Source: Leptonemataceae bacterium
GTDB taxonomy: Bacteria; Spirochaetota; Leptospiria; Leptospirales; Leptonemataceae
DNA: 64,000 bases
Assembly: GCA_965227295.1 (NCBI GenBank)
Contig: OZ245742.1
Location: forward strand, 2,464,001 to 2,528,000
Direction of reading: 5' to 3'
The notes under the pieces were generated by a model. The model saw only the letters and a list, made by a program, of their open reading frames with translations. It made no database searches and was not told the DNA's origin. Position numbers and translations under genes: made by a program. Of the stretch, positions 8,172 to 17,168 are shown piece by piece. Numbering within the stretch: position 1 is the stretch's first letter; the number at the start of each line of letters is the position of its first letter.

Positions 8172-10133
8172 TTATCCGAAGCGTCTCGGTTTGTATGCGC
8201 TCGCCGCCCATTGATACATCTTAGAGAGTTCCCCGTCAGTTGTGAAATATCCAAATTCAACATCCGCATCATTTGTAAGTCCGATTTTTTCCCACCGCTT
8301 TTCAACCGCCCAACCCGGTTTTCGATATTCCCGAATTCGTGTCTCGCTGAAGTATCCTGATTGTCCTTGAGTGACCGTTCTGTATTGGTACTTAACATCT
8401 GGATTGAGCATCCAATTCCTTACCCATAGGTCTCTCTCTAGGGATACGGCAAGGGCCATCAAGTTGATCACGGGAGGGGTCTTAAGTAGTTTCGAGTCTG
8501 CAATGATTGCCTTCTCGAGCTTACCAAGGTCGCTATCAAGCTTGTTCACTTGCTCAAAATTGTTTGTGGCCTTGAGGAGTTGTTTCCACGGCTTGGTTAA
8601 ATTTCTCTGGCCGGAGATTCTCAGCGCAGTCTGGTGTTGGTGACTGGCAAAACGATGCACGAGCGTGACGGCATCAAGAATTTCGAGCAATGGTTTTTCT
8701 ATCTGATAAACTTCAATGAGGTTTTGATATACACTTGGCAATGCCCCAATCGCTTGTTCTACTTTCATTGCTTCAGGCTCATTCTTCTTGTGTGAAAAAT
8801 GATCAATAAGTTGACTACTGGTTTCACTGAGAATGGCGGCACCCGTGGGTACTACGATATCACTCAGGACAGAATTAAAAAGTTTGGCGGCAGGTGCCGT
8901 TTTCATTAGAATCTCTCTCGCTGCTACGGCAGCAGTGCTTCCAACGAATCCCCAAACGCCAGCAGAAACTACCTGTAGGATCGCAGCATAGAAAGCGTCG
9001 TTTATCTTCTGTTCCTCATAATATGCTTGGATTCCGTCTTTAAAATTCTCATAGGCTATGTGATAGGCGGTAGTATGTAACAACCAATGCGCCCTCCATC
9101 TCGTAGCGCCATTTAAGGCCAACTGATATAGATCTGTGGCGCGACCCATTATTCCAAGCATTTGATCTCGGTACATTGATAGGCCCTCGGGAGCACCTCC
9201 GGACCTTGATTCATTGAAGATCGCCGTTGATGGTTTGCGGCGTATTTTCCTTCCCACCCCACTCGCACCCTGCTGCACGGTATGCGTCAACTCATGCGCC
9301 ATCAACCGCCTGCCGTCGCTCGATCCCGGCGAGTATTCGTTAGAACCAAAGAACACATCCTTACCCACGGTAAACGCCCGAGCATTCAGCGACCGAGAAA
9401 TCTGCTGCGCTTCCGGCCCGGTATGCACACGCACGCCGCTGAAATCATAACCCATCCGCGGCTCAAAGAACGCCCGCTCCGACTCCGGCAACGGTGAACC
9501 ACCACGCGCCCGCACCGAGTTGATCGAAGACTCTACCGAAGAAGAGACCGGCCCGCTCCCATCACCACCATCCCTCTGAATTGCCCCACCGCAACTCACG
9601 CAACGAGACATCATAACGTCCTCATCTTCCCCGCCAATCTCGCGCTGCACACGCGACATCATCACATCTTCTTCTTCCCCGACCGCCTCCCGCTGCACCC
9701 TCATCATCTGCATGCTTTCTTCCTCACACGCCGCGCACTTGCGTTGGAGTCGCTTTAACTGCATCTCATCATCATCTTGCGCGCCACCCATGCGTGAGAT
9801 CTTCACCGGCGAGCGGGACATCATTACGCCCTCATCGTCTTCGCCGGAGACGCCGCCGGGAGCCGGCATGGTCATCACCTGTTCGGCCACACGATCGGCC
9901 TCGTCCTCGAGGGGATCGTTCGCGGCGCCGACTTCCATGGAGCGCTGAATCGGCAGACGACCCGCGGCAGCCATCTCGGCGACGGCGGCGTTGCCGAGGG
10001 CGCGCTGCAAACGCTGGATGTGGCCGAGATGTTCCAGCGGGGCCTGCTCCGGAGCGCGTTGCTGCGTGGCGTTCTGGCGACGGACGGTGGTGGACGTATT
10101 CGATTGCGAAGTTTGCGTGCGTTGTTCGGACAT
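8172..10133 (-). CDS. DUF4157 domain protein with acidic N-terminal repeats and lower-GC helical C-terminal domain
   Basis: LQRALGNAAV leader, repeats EDVMMSRVQRE, DUF4157 (MGYDFSGVRVH..AHELTHTVQQ); C-terminal ~350 aa in visibly AT-richer DNA. Confidence 0.85.
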   Translation of the reverse strand: MSEQRTQTSQSNTSTTVRRQNATQQRAPEQAPLEHLGHIQRLQRALGNAAVAEMAAAGRLPIQRSMEVGAANDPLEDEADRVAEQVMTMPAPGGVSGEDDEGVMMSRSPVKISRMGGAQDDDEMQLKRLQRKCAACEEESMQMMRVQREAVGEEEDVMMSRVQREIGGEDEDVMMSRCVSCGGAIQRDGGDGSGPVSSSVESSINSVRARGGSPLPESERAFFEPRMGYDFSGVRVHTGPEAQQISRSLNARAFTVGKDVFFGSNEYSPGSSDGRRLMAHELTHTVQQGASGVGRKIRRKPSTAIFNESRSGGAPEGLSMYRDQMLGIMGRATDLYQLALNGATRWRAHWLLHTTAYHIAYENFKDGIQAYYEEQKINDAFYAAILQVVSAGVWGFVGSTAAVAAREILMKTAPAAKLFNSVLSDIVVPTGAAILSETSSQLIDHFSHKKNEPEAMKVEQAIGALPSVYQNLIEVYQIEKPLLEILDAVTLVHRFASHQHQTALRISGQRNLTKPWKQLLKATNNFEQVNKLDSDLGKLEKAIIADSKLLKTPPVINLMALAVSLERDLWVRNWMLNPDVKYQYRTVTQGQSGYFSETRIREYRKPGWAVEKRWEKIGLTNDADVEFGYFTTDGELSKMYQWAASAYKPRRFG

Positions 10134-10378
10134 ACCGTGGAATCCTCAATACTTGAAAAATCTTACGATCGAAACGGAGAACAATCGACGTTACGTCGCG
10201 CAGAACGGCCGGTCAATCGTGCGGCGCCGTGGATCGCAAAGATCGAGGAGAATCGTAAAGGATTCTGTAGATATTACAGGGGGCCTGCGTAAGTGTTTAG
10301 GACTTTGAAGTATGCCGCGTTCGCTCGCGGAGACTTCGGCCGCCAGACCCGGCCTTCGAGCGCCGGAGCGGAGCGTCC

Positions 10379-12838
10379 TTAGAGAACGTCGACGTCCGGT
10401 CGCACTTTGCGAAACGCGCGGATTTCCGCGCCGGAAAACGATCCGTGGGCGCGCACGAGATAGAGGTACGGAAGATCCACGAGAGAAAGCAGGCCCGTTA
10501 ACCCAGGGTTACTGAAGATTACCAGCTCTTCCAGGTTCGAGCAGTTCGCCAGCGCCGACACGTCTTTGGCCTGGTTTTCCTGCAGGAACAACTGTCGGAT
10601 CTCCGTCAGTTTTCCGAGCGGTGCGATGTCTTCGATTTCATTGCCGATCAACTCCAGGCGTCTTAGACCGGTGAACCTGGCCAGGGGGGAAACGTCGCCA
10701 ATGCCGTTCCGGGAGAGATCCAGTTGTCGTAGCGTCGGCAGGTCGGGAAGGCCGGAGAGGTCGGCAAGCCGGCATTCATCGAGACCGAGGTAGGCGATTA
10801 CCGGAAGATCGCCCAACGGCTCCAGGTTTTTCAGGGGATTCCGGTGCAGGTTCAATGAGCGCAGGCAGCGCAGAGTGGAAAGATCGGGCAACTCCGCGAT
10901 GCCGTTTTCCGAAACGGAGACGTAGTCCAGACGTTCCAGGCGCGTAAGCGGGGTGATGTCGCTGAGTTCTTTCTGACCGAGAGATAGATGGTTTTCTTTG
11001 CGCAATTCGAAAAAACCTTCCGCCCCGGGGATATTTCCGTCTTCGTCTTCTTCGGTGAGTTCGTCCACCTCATCCGCCAGTGCCTCGCGCCAGACTTCGG
11101 GCAGGCTCTCCCACCAGGCGCGCCAGTGTTTGACTTCGTCCCCGGTCAGCGCGACCGTAAACGGACGGCTCTCCTGCCAGAGCTGCACGCCCTCCGGGGT
11201 GACGGCTTCGTCTCGCCAGTGGGCGTCCAGGTCCTGCAATAACGGAAGCGAACGCAGTTCGAGCGCGGCGCGAATGCTCGTTTTTTCCAGGGGATTACCG
11301 AAGCAGGATATTTCTTTCAACAAACGATTGTTTTTCAGGCAATTCAGGTCCGTGAGTTCGTTGTTGTAGAGTGAAAGCTCGACGAGTGCCGGGAGATCGG
11401 ACAGGGGTTCTACCGACTGGAGCTTGTTTCCGTTCAGGCGAAGTTTGCGTAGATTTTTCAGGCCGGCCAGGGCGGAGACATCCGTCAGGCCGCAGTCGCC
11501 GAGGTCCAGTTTCTCCAGCCGAACCAGGTCTCTCAGAGGCGAAAGATCGTTGATGGGATTCCCGTCCAGCTTGAGTTCCACCAGTCGCTTTAGTTCGGCC
11601 AGAGGGCCGAGGTCTTCGAGCATGTTCCCTTCGAGGGATAACTCGCGCAGGCGCGTAAACCGGGTGAGAAACGAAACGTCCTCCACGTCCAGATGATCCA
11701 GCTTGAGTTCCGTCGCTCGAATGAGAGCGGCCAGGTCTTCCGGCTGCATTGCGTCCGGTTCTCTGTCGAAAACTTCGCCGAGTTTTTTGCGAACCTGTTC
11801 GTTGCCGATAGAAGCCCACCACGTTGTGAGATCTTTTTGCGTCGCTTCGTCCGGTACCAGGACCGGTGGTTCCAGCCAGGCGATGATTTCTTCCGCGCGT
11901 TCCCGGGCTCCGGCGCCTTCGATTTTGCGCAGTTCTTCGAGGGCTTCCGTGACACGCTTCGGTTCCTTCGCGCCGAAACGCGTGACGATGAATCCGAAGA
12001 ACTTCGTCGCCTGGACCATTTCGTCCAGATGGAGATATGCAAGGCCGCGGTACAGAAACGAATAAAACGAGGAGTAATCATCAAAGAGCATGTACATCGA
12101 GCGGGCTTTCGCTTCGGCGTACTCGGCCGCGACCTTCCACTCTTTGCGACTCAGGTAGATTGAGATTATATTCAGGGCGGCGGACTTTGTGCCTTCCTCG
12201 ACGGCCATTTCGAAGAGCGACATGGCCCGGTCTGGGTCGCCGAGATTCTTGTAACACAGCGCGAGTATGTTGCGCAGGTTCCCCGGCAGTCCCCGGTATG
12301 AGTCCAGGATGTCGGCCCGAAATGAACCGGAAGCAGCGAGGCTTTGTTCCACCAGGTCCCGGGCCTCCATGTACTTTTCTTCTTCGAAAAGTGCGAGAGC
12401 TTTCTCCCGGATCTCACTGAGTAGTTCCGCCTGTGTCTTTCCTCCGGGCGGCAACAGAGAGTTCAGAAACTCTTCGAGGGAGTCTGAGTGAGGTTCAAAA
12501 CCGCTTTCGTAGTCGAAGAACAGGACGGGAACGCGGTCCTGGCTCAGGTCGGCGGCCAGGTAGAAACTTCCATCCAATTCCAGAAGGTCGGCCAGAGGCC
12601 ACAGAGTGCTCTTCGATTCCGTGAATGATCCGGCATATTCTTGTTTATCGTCCAGGTCCTCGCGATTCGCGAACGTAATCGGACTGCGCACGTCGCTTCC
12701 GAAATAGGGGAGGTTCGTCACCTGAAAGCCCTCGTACTTTTTCCATTCACTGGAACGAAAGAACTCTCGGAGCCGTTCCGGGAATACTACGCCGGATTCT
12801 TCCTCCAGCGCGGCGGGGTCTATGGGCGTGTGGCTCAT
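10379..12838 (-). CDS. SMI1/KNR4 (SUKH)-TPR-leucine-rich repeat protein
   Basis: Start MSHTPID (12838); SUKH-like ALEEESGVVFPERLREF...PVLFFDYE..SDSLEEFL; TPR-like helices; two blocks of internalin-type LRRs (LxxLxLxxNxIxDLxPL). Confidence 0.8.
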   Translation of the reverse strand: MSHTPIDPAALEEESGVVFPERLREFFRSSEWKKYEGFQVTNLPYFGSDVRSPITFANREDLDDKQEYAGSFTESKSTLWPLADLLELDGSFYLAADLSQDRVPVLFFDYESGFEPHSDSLEEFLNSLLPPGGKTQAELLSEIREKALALFEEEKYMEARDLVEQSLAASGSFRADILDSYRGLPGNLRNILALCYKNLGDPDRAMSLFEMAVEEGTKSAALNIISIYLSRKEWKVAAEYAEAKARSMYMLFDDYSSFYSFLYRGLAYLHLDEMVQATKFFGFIVTRFGAKEPKRVTEALEELRKIEGAGARERAEEIIAWLEPPVLVPDEATQKDLTTWWASIGNEQVRKKLGEVFDREPDAMQPEDLAALIRATELKLDHLDVEDVSFLTRFTRLRELSLEGNMLEDLGPLAELKRLVELKLDGNPINDLSPLRDLVRLEKLDLGDCGLTDVSALAGLKNLRKLRLNGNKLQSVEPLSDLPALVELSLYNNELTDLNCLKNNRLLKEISCFGNPLEKTSIRAALELRSLPLLQDLDAHWRDEAVTPEGVQLWQESRPFTVALTGDEVKHWRAWWESLPEVWREALADEVDELTEEDEDGNIPGAEGFFELRKENHLSLGQKELSDITPLTRLERLDYVSVSENGIAELPDLSTLRCLRSLNLHRNPLKNLEPLGDLPVIAYLGLDECRLADLSGLPDLPTLRQLDLSRNGIGDVSPLARFTGLRRLELIGNEIEDIAPLGKLTEIRQLFLQENQAKDVSALANCSNLEELVIFSNPGLTGLLSLVDLPYLYLVRAHGSFSGAEIRAFRKVRPDVDVL

Positions 12839-13008
12839 GGGCAGAACACCTTTTACTATAGTATGTGGGTGTACTCTGCGCGGGCGCTTTCGGAGAGCAA
12901 GGCTGAATCTCAGCAGCGGGCCCGTGGGCTCCCGTTTCCGCGAGTGTGAAAGGAAACGGAGGCCGCAAAGAGGAGAGATCGGGGGGCCGGCCACCCGCCG
13001 TTTTTCCC

Positions 13009-13035
13009 TAAAGTCCGCCGCGATAGTACCGATCA
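13009..13035 (+). promoter_or_regulatory. sigma28 (FliA)-like promoter, distal
   Basis: TAAA-N15-ACCGATCA versus consensus TAAA-N15-GCCGATAA. Confidence 0.5.
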
Positions 13036-13191
13036 TAACACCACAGAGCCGGCGAGATCACCGGCCAACGCGAATGAGATGATCTAATGAAACCACAGCA
13101 TCCACCGCCGTTGCGGTCGGAAGCCGAAAAGCAACCCGGCCGGGATCCGCACTTTTTTTGTGTGGCCGGCTTTTTTTTGCTCAAGTCCTGT

Positions 13192-13218
13192 TAAGTACCC
13201 TCCGCTGACCCCCGATCT
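13192..13218 (+). promoter_or_regulatory. sigma28-like promoter upstream of first flaB
   Basis: TAAG-N15-CCCGATCT upstream of a flagellin gene. Confidence 0.5.
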
Positions 13219-13245
13219 TCTTCAGTAATAAACCAGGGCGGTTTG

Positions 13246-13265
13246 TGTTCGAATGGATTCGGACA
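13246..13265 (+). promoter_or_regulatory. putative CsrA-binding hairpin in flaB leader
   Basis: TGTTCGAA-TGGA-TTCGGACA stem with GGA in the loop; further GGA motifs near the SD. Confidence 0.45.
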
Positions 13266-13442
13266 TAGTCGAACCTGAATACTATACAAATATAACCCGT
13301 TTCGGCGGGTGAATGACGACCTGTTCGAAAGAAGCGGGCGGTAAGTACCGCTTCCTGAAAACAGACAACGCTACATAAGTCCGTATGCGGAGATGTTAGC
13401 GCTGAGAGGATTTATCGGTCACGTATCAAGGAGGATACGCGA

Positions 13443-14288
13443 ATGATCATCAACAATAACCTGCCCGCGATCAACTCCCATCGCGTGCTGAAGTTCCAGC
13501 ATGAGGAAGTCTCCAAGAACATGGAGAAACTTTCTTCAGGCATGCGGATCAACCGTGCCGGTGACGATGCCTCCGGTCTGGCTGTATCTGAAAAGATGCG
13601 CTCGCAGATTAACGGTCTGCGCCAGGCGGAACGCAACGCCCAGGACGGCATGAGCATGATTCAAACGGCCGAGGGTTACATCGGCTCGCTGAACGACGTG
13701 CTCCAACGCATCCGCGTGCTTTCGGTGCAAGCGGCGAACGGGGTTTACACCGCCAACGATCGGCAAATGATTCAGGTGGAAGTCTCCCAACTCGTCGACG
13801 AAGTCGATCGCATCGCTTCGCAAGCGGAGTTCAACAAACAGGCTCTGCTGCTCGGCGATTTCGCCCGCGGCTCTCGGGCCGCTTCGATGTGGTTTCACAT
13901 CGGCGCGAACCAGCACCAGCGTGAACGCGTGTTCATCGGTACCATGACGTCTCAGGCTCTCAGCCTGCGCCGGGTGGACAATACCATGATCTCGCTTTCG
14001 ACGATGGCTCTGGCGAACGACACCATCGGTGTCATCGACGAAGCGCTGCACCGTGTGAACAAAGAACGCGCCAATCTCGGTGCCTACTACAACCGTCTCG
14101 AACATGCCGCTCAGGGCCTTATGACCGCGTATGAAAATACGCAGGCCTCCGAGTCTCGCATTCGCGATACGGACATGGCCGAGGAAAGCGTGGCGTTCAC
14201 GAAGAACCAGATCCTTGTTCAAAGCGGCACGGCGATGCTCGCCCAGGCGAACATTCGTCCGCAGTCGGTTCTCCAGCTCCTGCGTTAA
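13443..14288 (+). CDS. flaB: flagellar filament core protein FlaB
   Basis: [50 protein letters not shown]; 281 aa, spirochete-type. Confidence 0.97.
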   Translation: MIINNNLPAINSHRVLKFQHEEVSKNMEKLSSGMRINRAGDDASGLAVSEKMRSQINGLRQAERNAQDGMSMIQTAEGYIGSLNDVLQRIRVLSVQAANGVYTANDRQMIQVEVSQLVDEVDRIASQAEFNKQALLLGDFARGSRAASMWFHIGANQHQRERVFIGTMTSQALSLRRVDNTMISLSTMALANDTIGVIDEALHRVNKERANLGAYYNRLEHAAQGLMTAYENTQASESRIRDTDMAEESVAFTKNQILVQSGTAMLAQANIRPQSVLQLLR

Positions 14289-14411
14289 TTCGCTGAGTTT
14301 CGGAGAACGAATGTTAGCGGTGCCGGCTTTTCAAGTTAAGCCGGCGGCCGCATAGTACGGAGGTTTCTAACGAAACAAAATTGCACTGATTGAACGTGTA
14401 TCCTGCGCTTT

Positions 14412-14463
14412 TTGCGTTCTCTCTCCGTCCGGTGGCCGGTCGCCGGACGGGGGGAGAACGCAA
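14412..14463. terminator. long GC-rich hairpin between the flaB genes
   Basis: TTGCGTTCTCTCTCCGTCCGG / CCGGACGGGGGGAGAACGCAA, about 21-bp stem. Confidence 0.5.
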
Positions 14464-14536
14464 CGCTCGTTGCGACGAGTCGCGCGTCTCCTTTTAGAAG
14501 CTACCCGCATCGCACTCCGATGCGGGTGGTCGCGTT

Positions 14537-14550
14537 CGGCAGGGATGCCG
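14537..14550 (+). promoter_or_regulatory. putative CsrA site in second flaB leader
   Basis: CGGCA-GGGA-TGCCG hairpin, with a second GGA inside the SD (AAGGAG). Confidence 0.55.
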
Positions 14551-14581
14551 GGCGTAAGAAAGAAGGCAAAAGGAGTGCAGG

Positions 14582-15427
14582 ATGATTATCAATCACAACA
14601 TGAGCGCGGTGAATGCTCACCGGGTTCTAAAGTTCAATCAGCGCGAAGTGGACAGCTCCATGGCGAAGTTGTCCTCCGGCATGCGTATCAACACAGCCGG
14701 AGACGACCCGTCAGGTCTGGCCGTTTCGGAAAAAATGCGCACGCAGGTGAACGGCCTGCGCCAGGCGGAACGTAACACCCAGGATGGTCTGTCCATGATT
14801 CAGACCACCGAGGGTTTTCTGGCGCAGACTTCGGATATCATTCAACGCATCCGCGTTTTAGCGGTACAGGCGTCGAACGGTATCTATTCGGCCGAAGACC
14901 GGCAGTTGATACAGACGGAAGTTTCGCAACTCGTCGACGAAGTCGATCGGGTGGCGTCTCAGGCCGAGTTCAACAAGTATCAACTGTTGTTGGGTCAGTT
15001 CAGCCGGAGTTCTCAGGCGGGATCCATGTGGTTTCACATGGGACCGAACGCGAATCAGCGGGAACGGGTGTACATCGGAACGATGACCTCGGCCGCGTTG
15101 AAGCTGCGTCCCGCCGCCGATCGCATTGTGAGCGTATCGTCGCCCGGACAGGCGAACGAAACGATCGGTCGTGCCGACGAGGCGTTGCAGATCATTATGA
15201 AGCAACGCGCAGATCTCGGTGGCTACGCCAATCGTATGGAGCATGCGTCTCGGGGATTAATGAACGCCTATGAGAACGTTATGGCTTCGGAGTCGCGTAT
15301 TCGGGATACCGATATGGCCGAGGAGATGGTGCATCTAACGACGCATCAGATTCTGTCGCAGACGAGCATTGCGATGCTCGCTCAGGCAGGAGTTCGTCCG
15401 CAGGGGGTTCTGCACTTATTGCGATGA
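14582..15427 (+). CDS. flaB: flagellar filament core protein FlaB (paralog)
   Basis: [31 protein letters not shown]; 281 aa. Confidence 0.97.
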   Translation: MIINHNMSAVNAHRVLKFNQREVDSSMAKLSSGMRINTAGDDPSGLAVSEKMRTQVNGLRQAERNTQDGLSMIQTTEGFLAQTSDIIQRIRVLAVQASNGIYSAEDRQLIQTEVSQLVDEVDRVASQAEFNKYQLLLGQFSRSSQAGSMWFHMGPNANQRERVYIGTMTSAALKLRPAADRIVSVSSPGQANETIGRADEALQIIMKQRADLGGYANRMEHASRGLMNAYENVMASESRIRDTDMAEEMVHLTTHQILSQTSIAMLAQAGVRPQGVLHLLR

Positions 15428-15527
15428 GCCGCGCATACGGCTCAGTAAAATGAGTGAACGAATCCCACCGGCGATAAAAAGAAGGCTTTTGCGGAGTTCG
15501 CGAAAGACCTCAAAAATTTGAGACGAC

Positions 15528-15557
15528 ATCCCGGGGCTCCGCCCCGGGATTTTTTTT
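15528..15557 (+). terminator. intrinsic terminator after second flaB
   Basis: ATCCCGGGGC-TCC-GCCCCGGGAT followed by T7. Confidence 0.8.
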
Positions 15558-15789
15558 GCCGGCAGGATCCGTTCTAAATGATCATCGGTCGTCCGGGAAT
15601 GATTCAGCATGATTTTTTTCCCGGTACCGTTCATACCTGCTGATATATTCGTCGGCGAAACACGCGAAAGCTTTATAGTTGCGGGAAGAATTCGAAGGCG
15701 GGAGGCCAGGGTGGCGTGCCCCGGGCCTTCAAAAAGAACTTGTCCTGAAATGTGCATCCTGAGGAGCATTGAAGACTCCATCGACGCTG

Positions 15790-17160
15790 ATGTTATTCAC
15801 CACGTTTGCATTCCTGTTCTTTCTCGTCGGCACGTACCTGGTGTACTGGTATCTTCCCGCGCGTTTGCGCAAGTACTGCCTGCTTGTCGCCTCGGCCGTC
15901 TTCTATCTATATTTCAGCGTCGCGTTCTTTCTGCACTTCGCCGCCGTCGTCGTCCTGAACTACGCGGCGTTCCGTGCCGTGCGTCCCGGCCGGCGCGCGC
16001 TGCTCGCTTTGATCGTCACGCTGAACCTCGGGAACCTGGTCTTCTTCAAGTACGGCCCCGTGCTCGCGGAGATTTTCCTGGCGTCCATGGGCACGCCCGT
16101 GCAGGGGCCGGGTCTCAGTCCTGGCTGGGTGTTGCCGCTGGCCATCAGTTTCTATACGTTCCAGATCCTCGCGCTTCAGGTCGACGCCTATCGCGATCAG
16201 ATCGATCCACGCTCGGTCGGCTTCTTCGATTTCGCATTGTTCATCTTCTTTTTTCCGCAGCTCGTCGCCGGGCCCATCATGCGCTACAGCGATTTCTTTC
16301 ACCAAATCGCGAACGTCCGTTTCGACGCGGACCGTTTGCTCGGCGGATTGTATCTCATCGGCTTCGGTTTGTTTAAAAAGATTCTCATCGCCGACGCCAT
16401 CACGCGCATCATCGATCCGGTCTGGGCCGAGCCGAAGGCCTACTCCTCCGCCGCCGTACTCGTGGCCGTGGTCGGTTTTCCGATTCAAGTTTACGCCGAC
16501 TTCTCCGGTTACACGGACATTGCCCGCGGCCTGGCCCGCCTGTTCGGCTACGAGATCCCTGAAAACTTTTTCGCTCCGTTTCAGTCGAGTAGCTTCCGTG
16601 AGTTCTGGCGGCGCTGGCACGTAACCCTGTCCACCTGGTTGCGCGACTACCTCTACGTTCCGCTGGGCGGCAGCCGGCAGGGTCCGTGGCGATTGTACCT
16701 GAGTTTGATCGCCACCATGACCCTGGGCGGTCTCTGGCACGGTCACGACGTAACATATTTTTTCTGGGGGCTCTTTCACGGCATCGTCCTCGCGCTGGAG
16801 CGCCTGGTGGGCTGGAATCCGCAGACCAGGCCGGCCCGCATCGTCGGCATGTTGGGTCTGTGGGTGATCTGGACCTTTTCCATGGCAATCTTCCGTTCTC
16901 CGGATCTCGCCACATTCCAGGCTGTCGGCGAAGCCCTGCTCGCCGCGGGCGTCAGCGAAGTACCGGACGGTTATCACGGATTTCCGCGCTTGCTGTTCTA
17001 CGCGGTCGTCGTCCATCTCTTACAGTACTACCGGCAACCCGTGGGTCAATTTATGCAGGCTCGCCGTCGGATTTTGATTCCCGCGTGCAGTCTGGTGTTG
17101 TTCTACTTGTTGTGCCGCATTCCCCACGCCGGGCAAACCTTCGTTTACTTTCAGTTTTGA
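15790..17160 (+). CDS. MBOAT family O-acyltransferase (AlgI/DltB-like)
   Basis: LPLAISFYTFQ, FFPQLVAGPI, YADFSGYTD, FWRRWHVTLS, GLWHG, terminal FVYFQF. Confidence 0.95.
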   Translation: MLFTTFAFLFFLVGTYLVYWYLPARLRKYCLLVASAVFYLYFSVAFFLHFAAVVVLNYAAFRAVRPGRRALLALIVTLNLGNLVFFKYGPVLAEIFLASMGTPVQGPGLSPGWVLPLAISFYTFQILALQVDAYRDQIDPRSVGFFDFALFIFFFPQLVAGPIMRYSDFFHQIANVRFDADRLLGGLYLIGFGLFKKILIADAITRIIDPVWAEPKAYSSAAVLVAVVGFPIQVYADFSGYTDIARGLARLFGYEIPENFFAPFQSSSFREFWRRWHVTLSTWLRDYLYVPLGGSRQGPWRLYLSLIATMTLGGLWHGHDVTYFFWGLFHGIVLALERLVGWNPQTRPARIVGMLGLWVIWTFSMAIFRSPDLATFQAVGEALLAAGVSEVPDGYHGFPRLLFYAVVVHLLQYYRQPVGQFMQARRRILIPACSLVLFYLLCRIPHAGQTFVYFQF

Positions 17161-17168
17161 TTGCCGCT

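Noticed and set aside
12839..13036. 66-codon N-terminal extension of the LRR gene in the ORF track
   Set aside because: Low-complexity Arg/Pro sequence overlapping promoter elements; the SUKH-like domain begins at Met 12838
258..13036. Complete eCIS/prophage locus
   Set aside because: No sheath, tube, baseplate, spike, terminase or integrase genes are recognisable in the window
16686..17168. Upstream extension of the DUF1574-like ORF
   Set aside because: Overlaps MBOAT in another frame; the plausible start is 17169/17175
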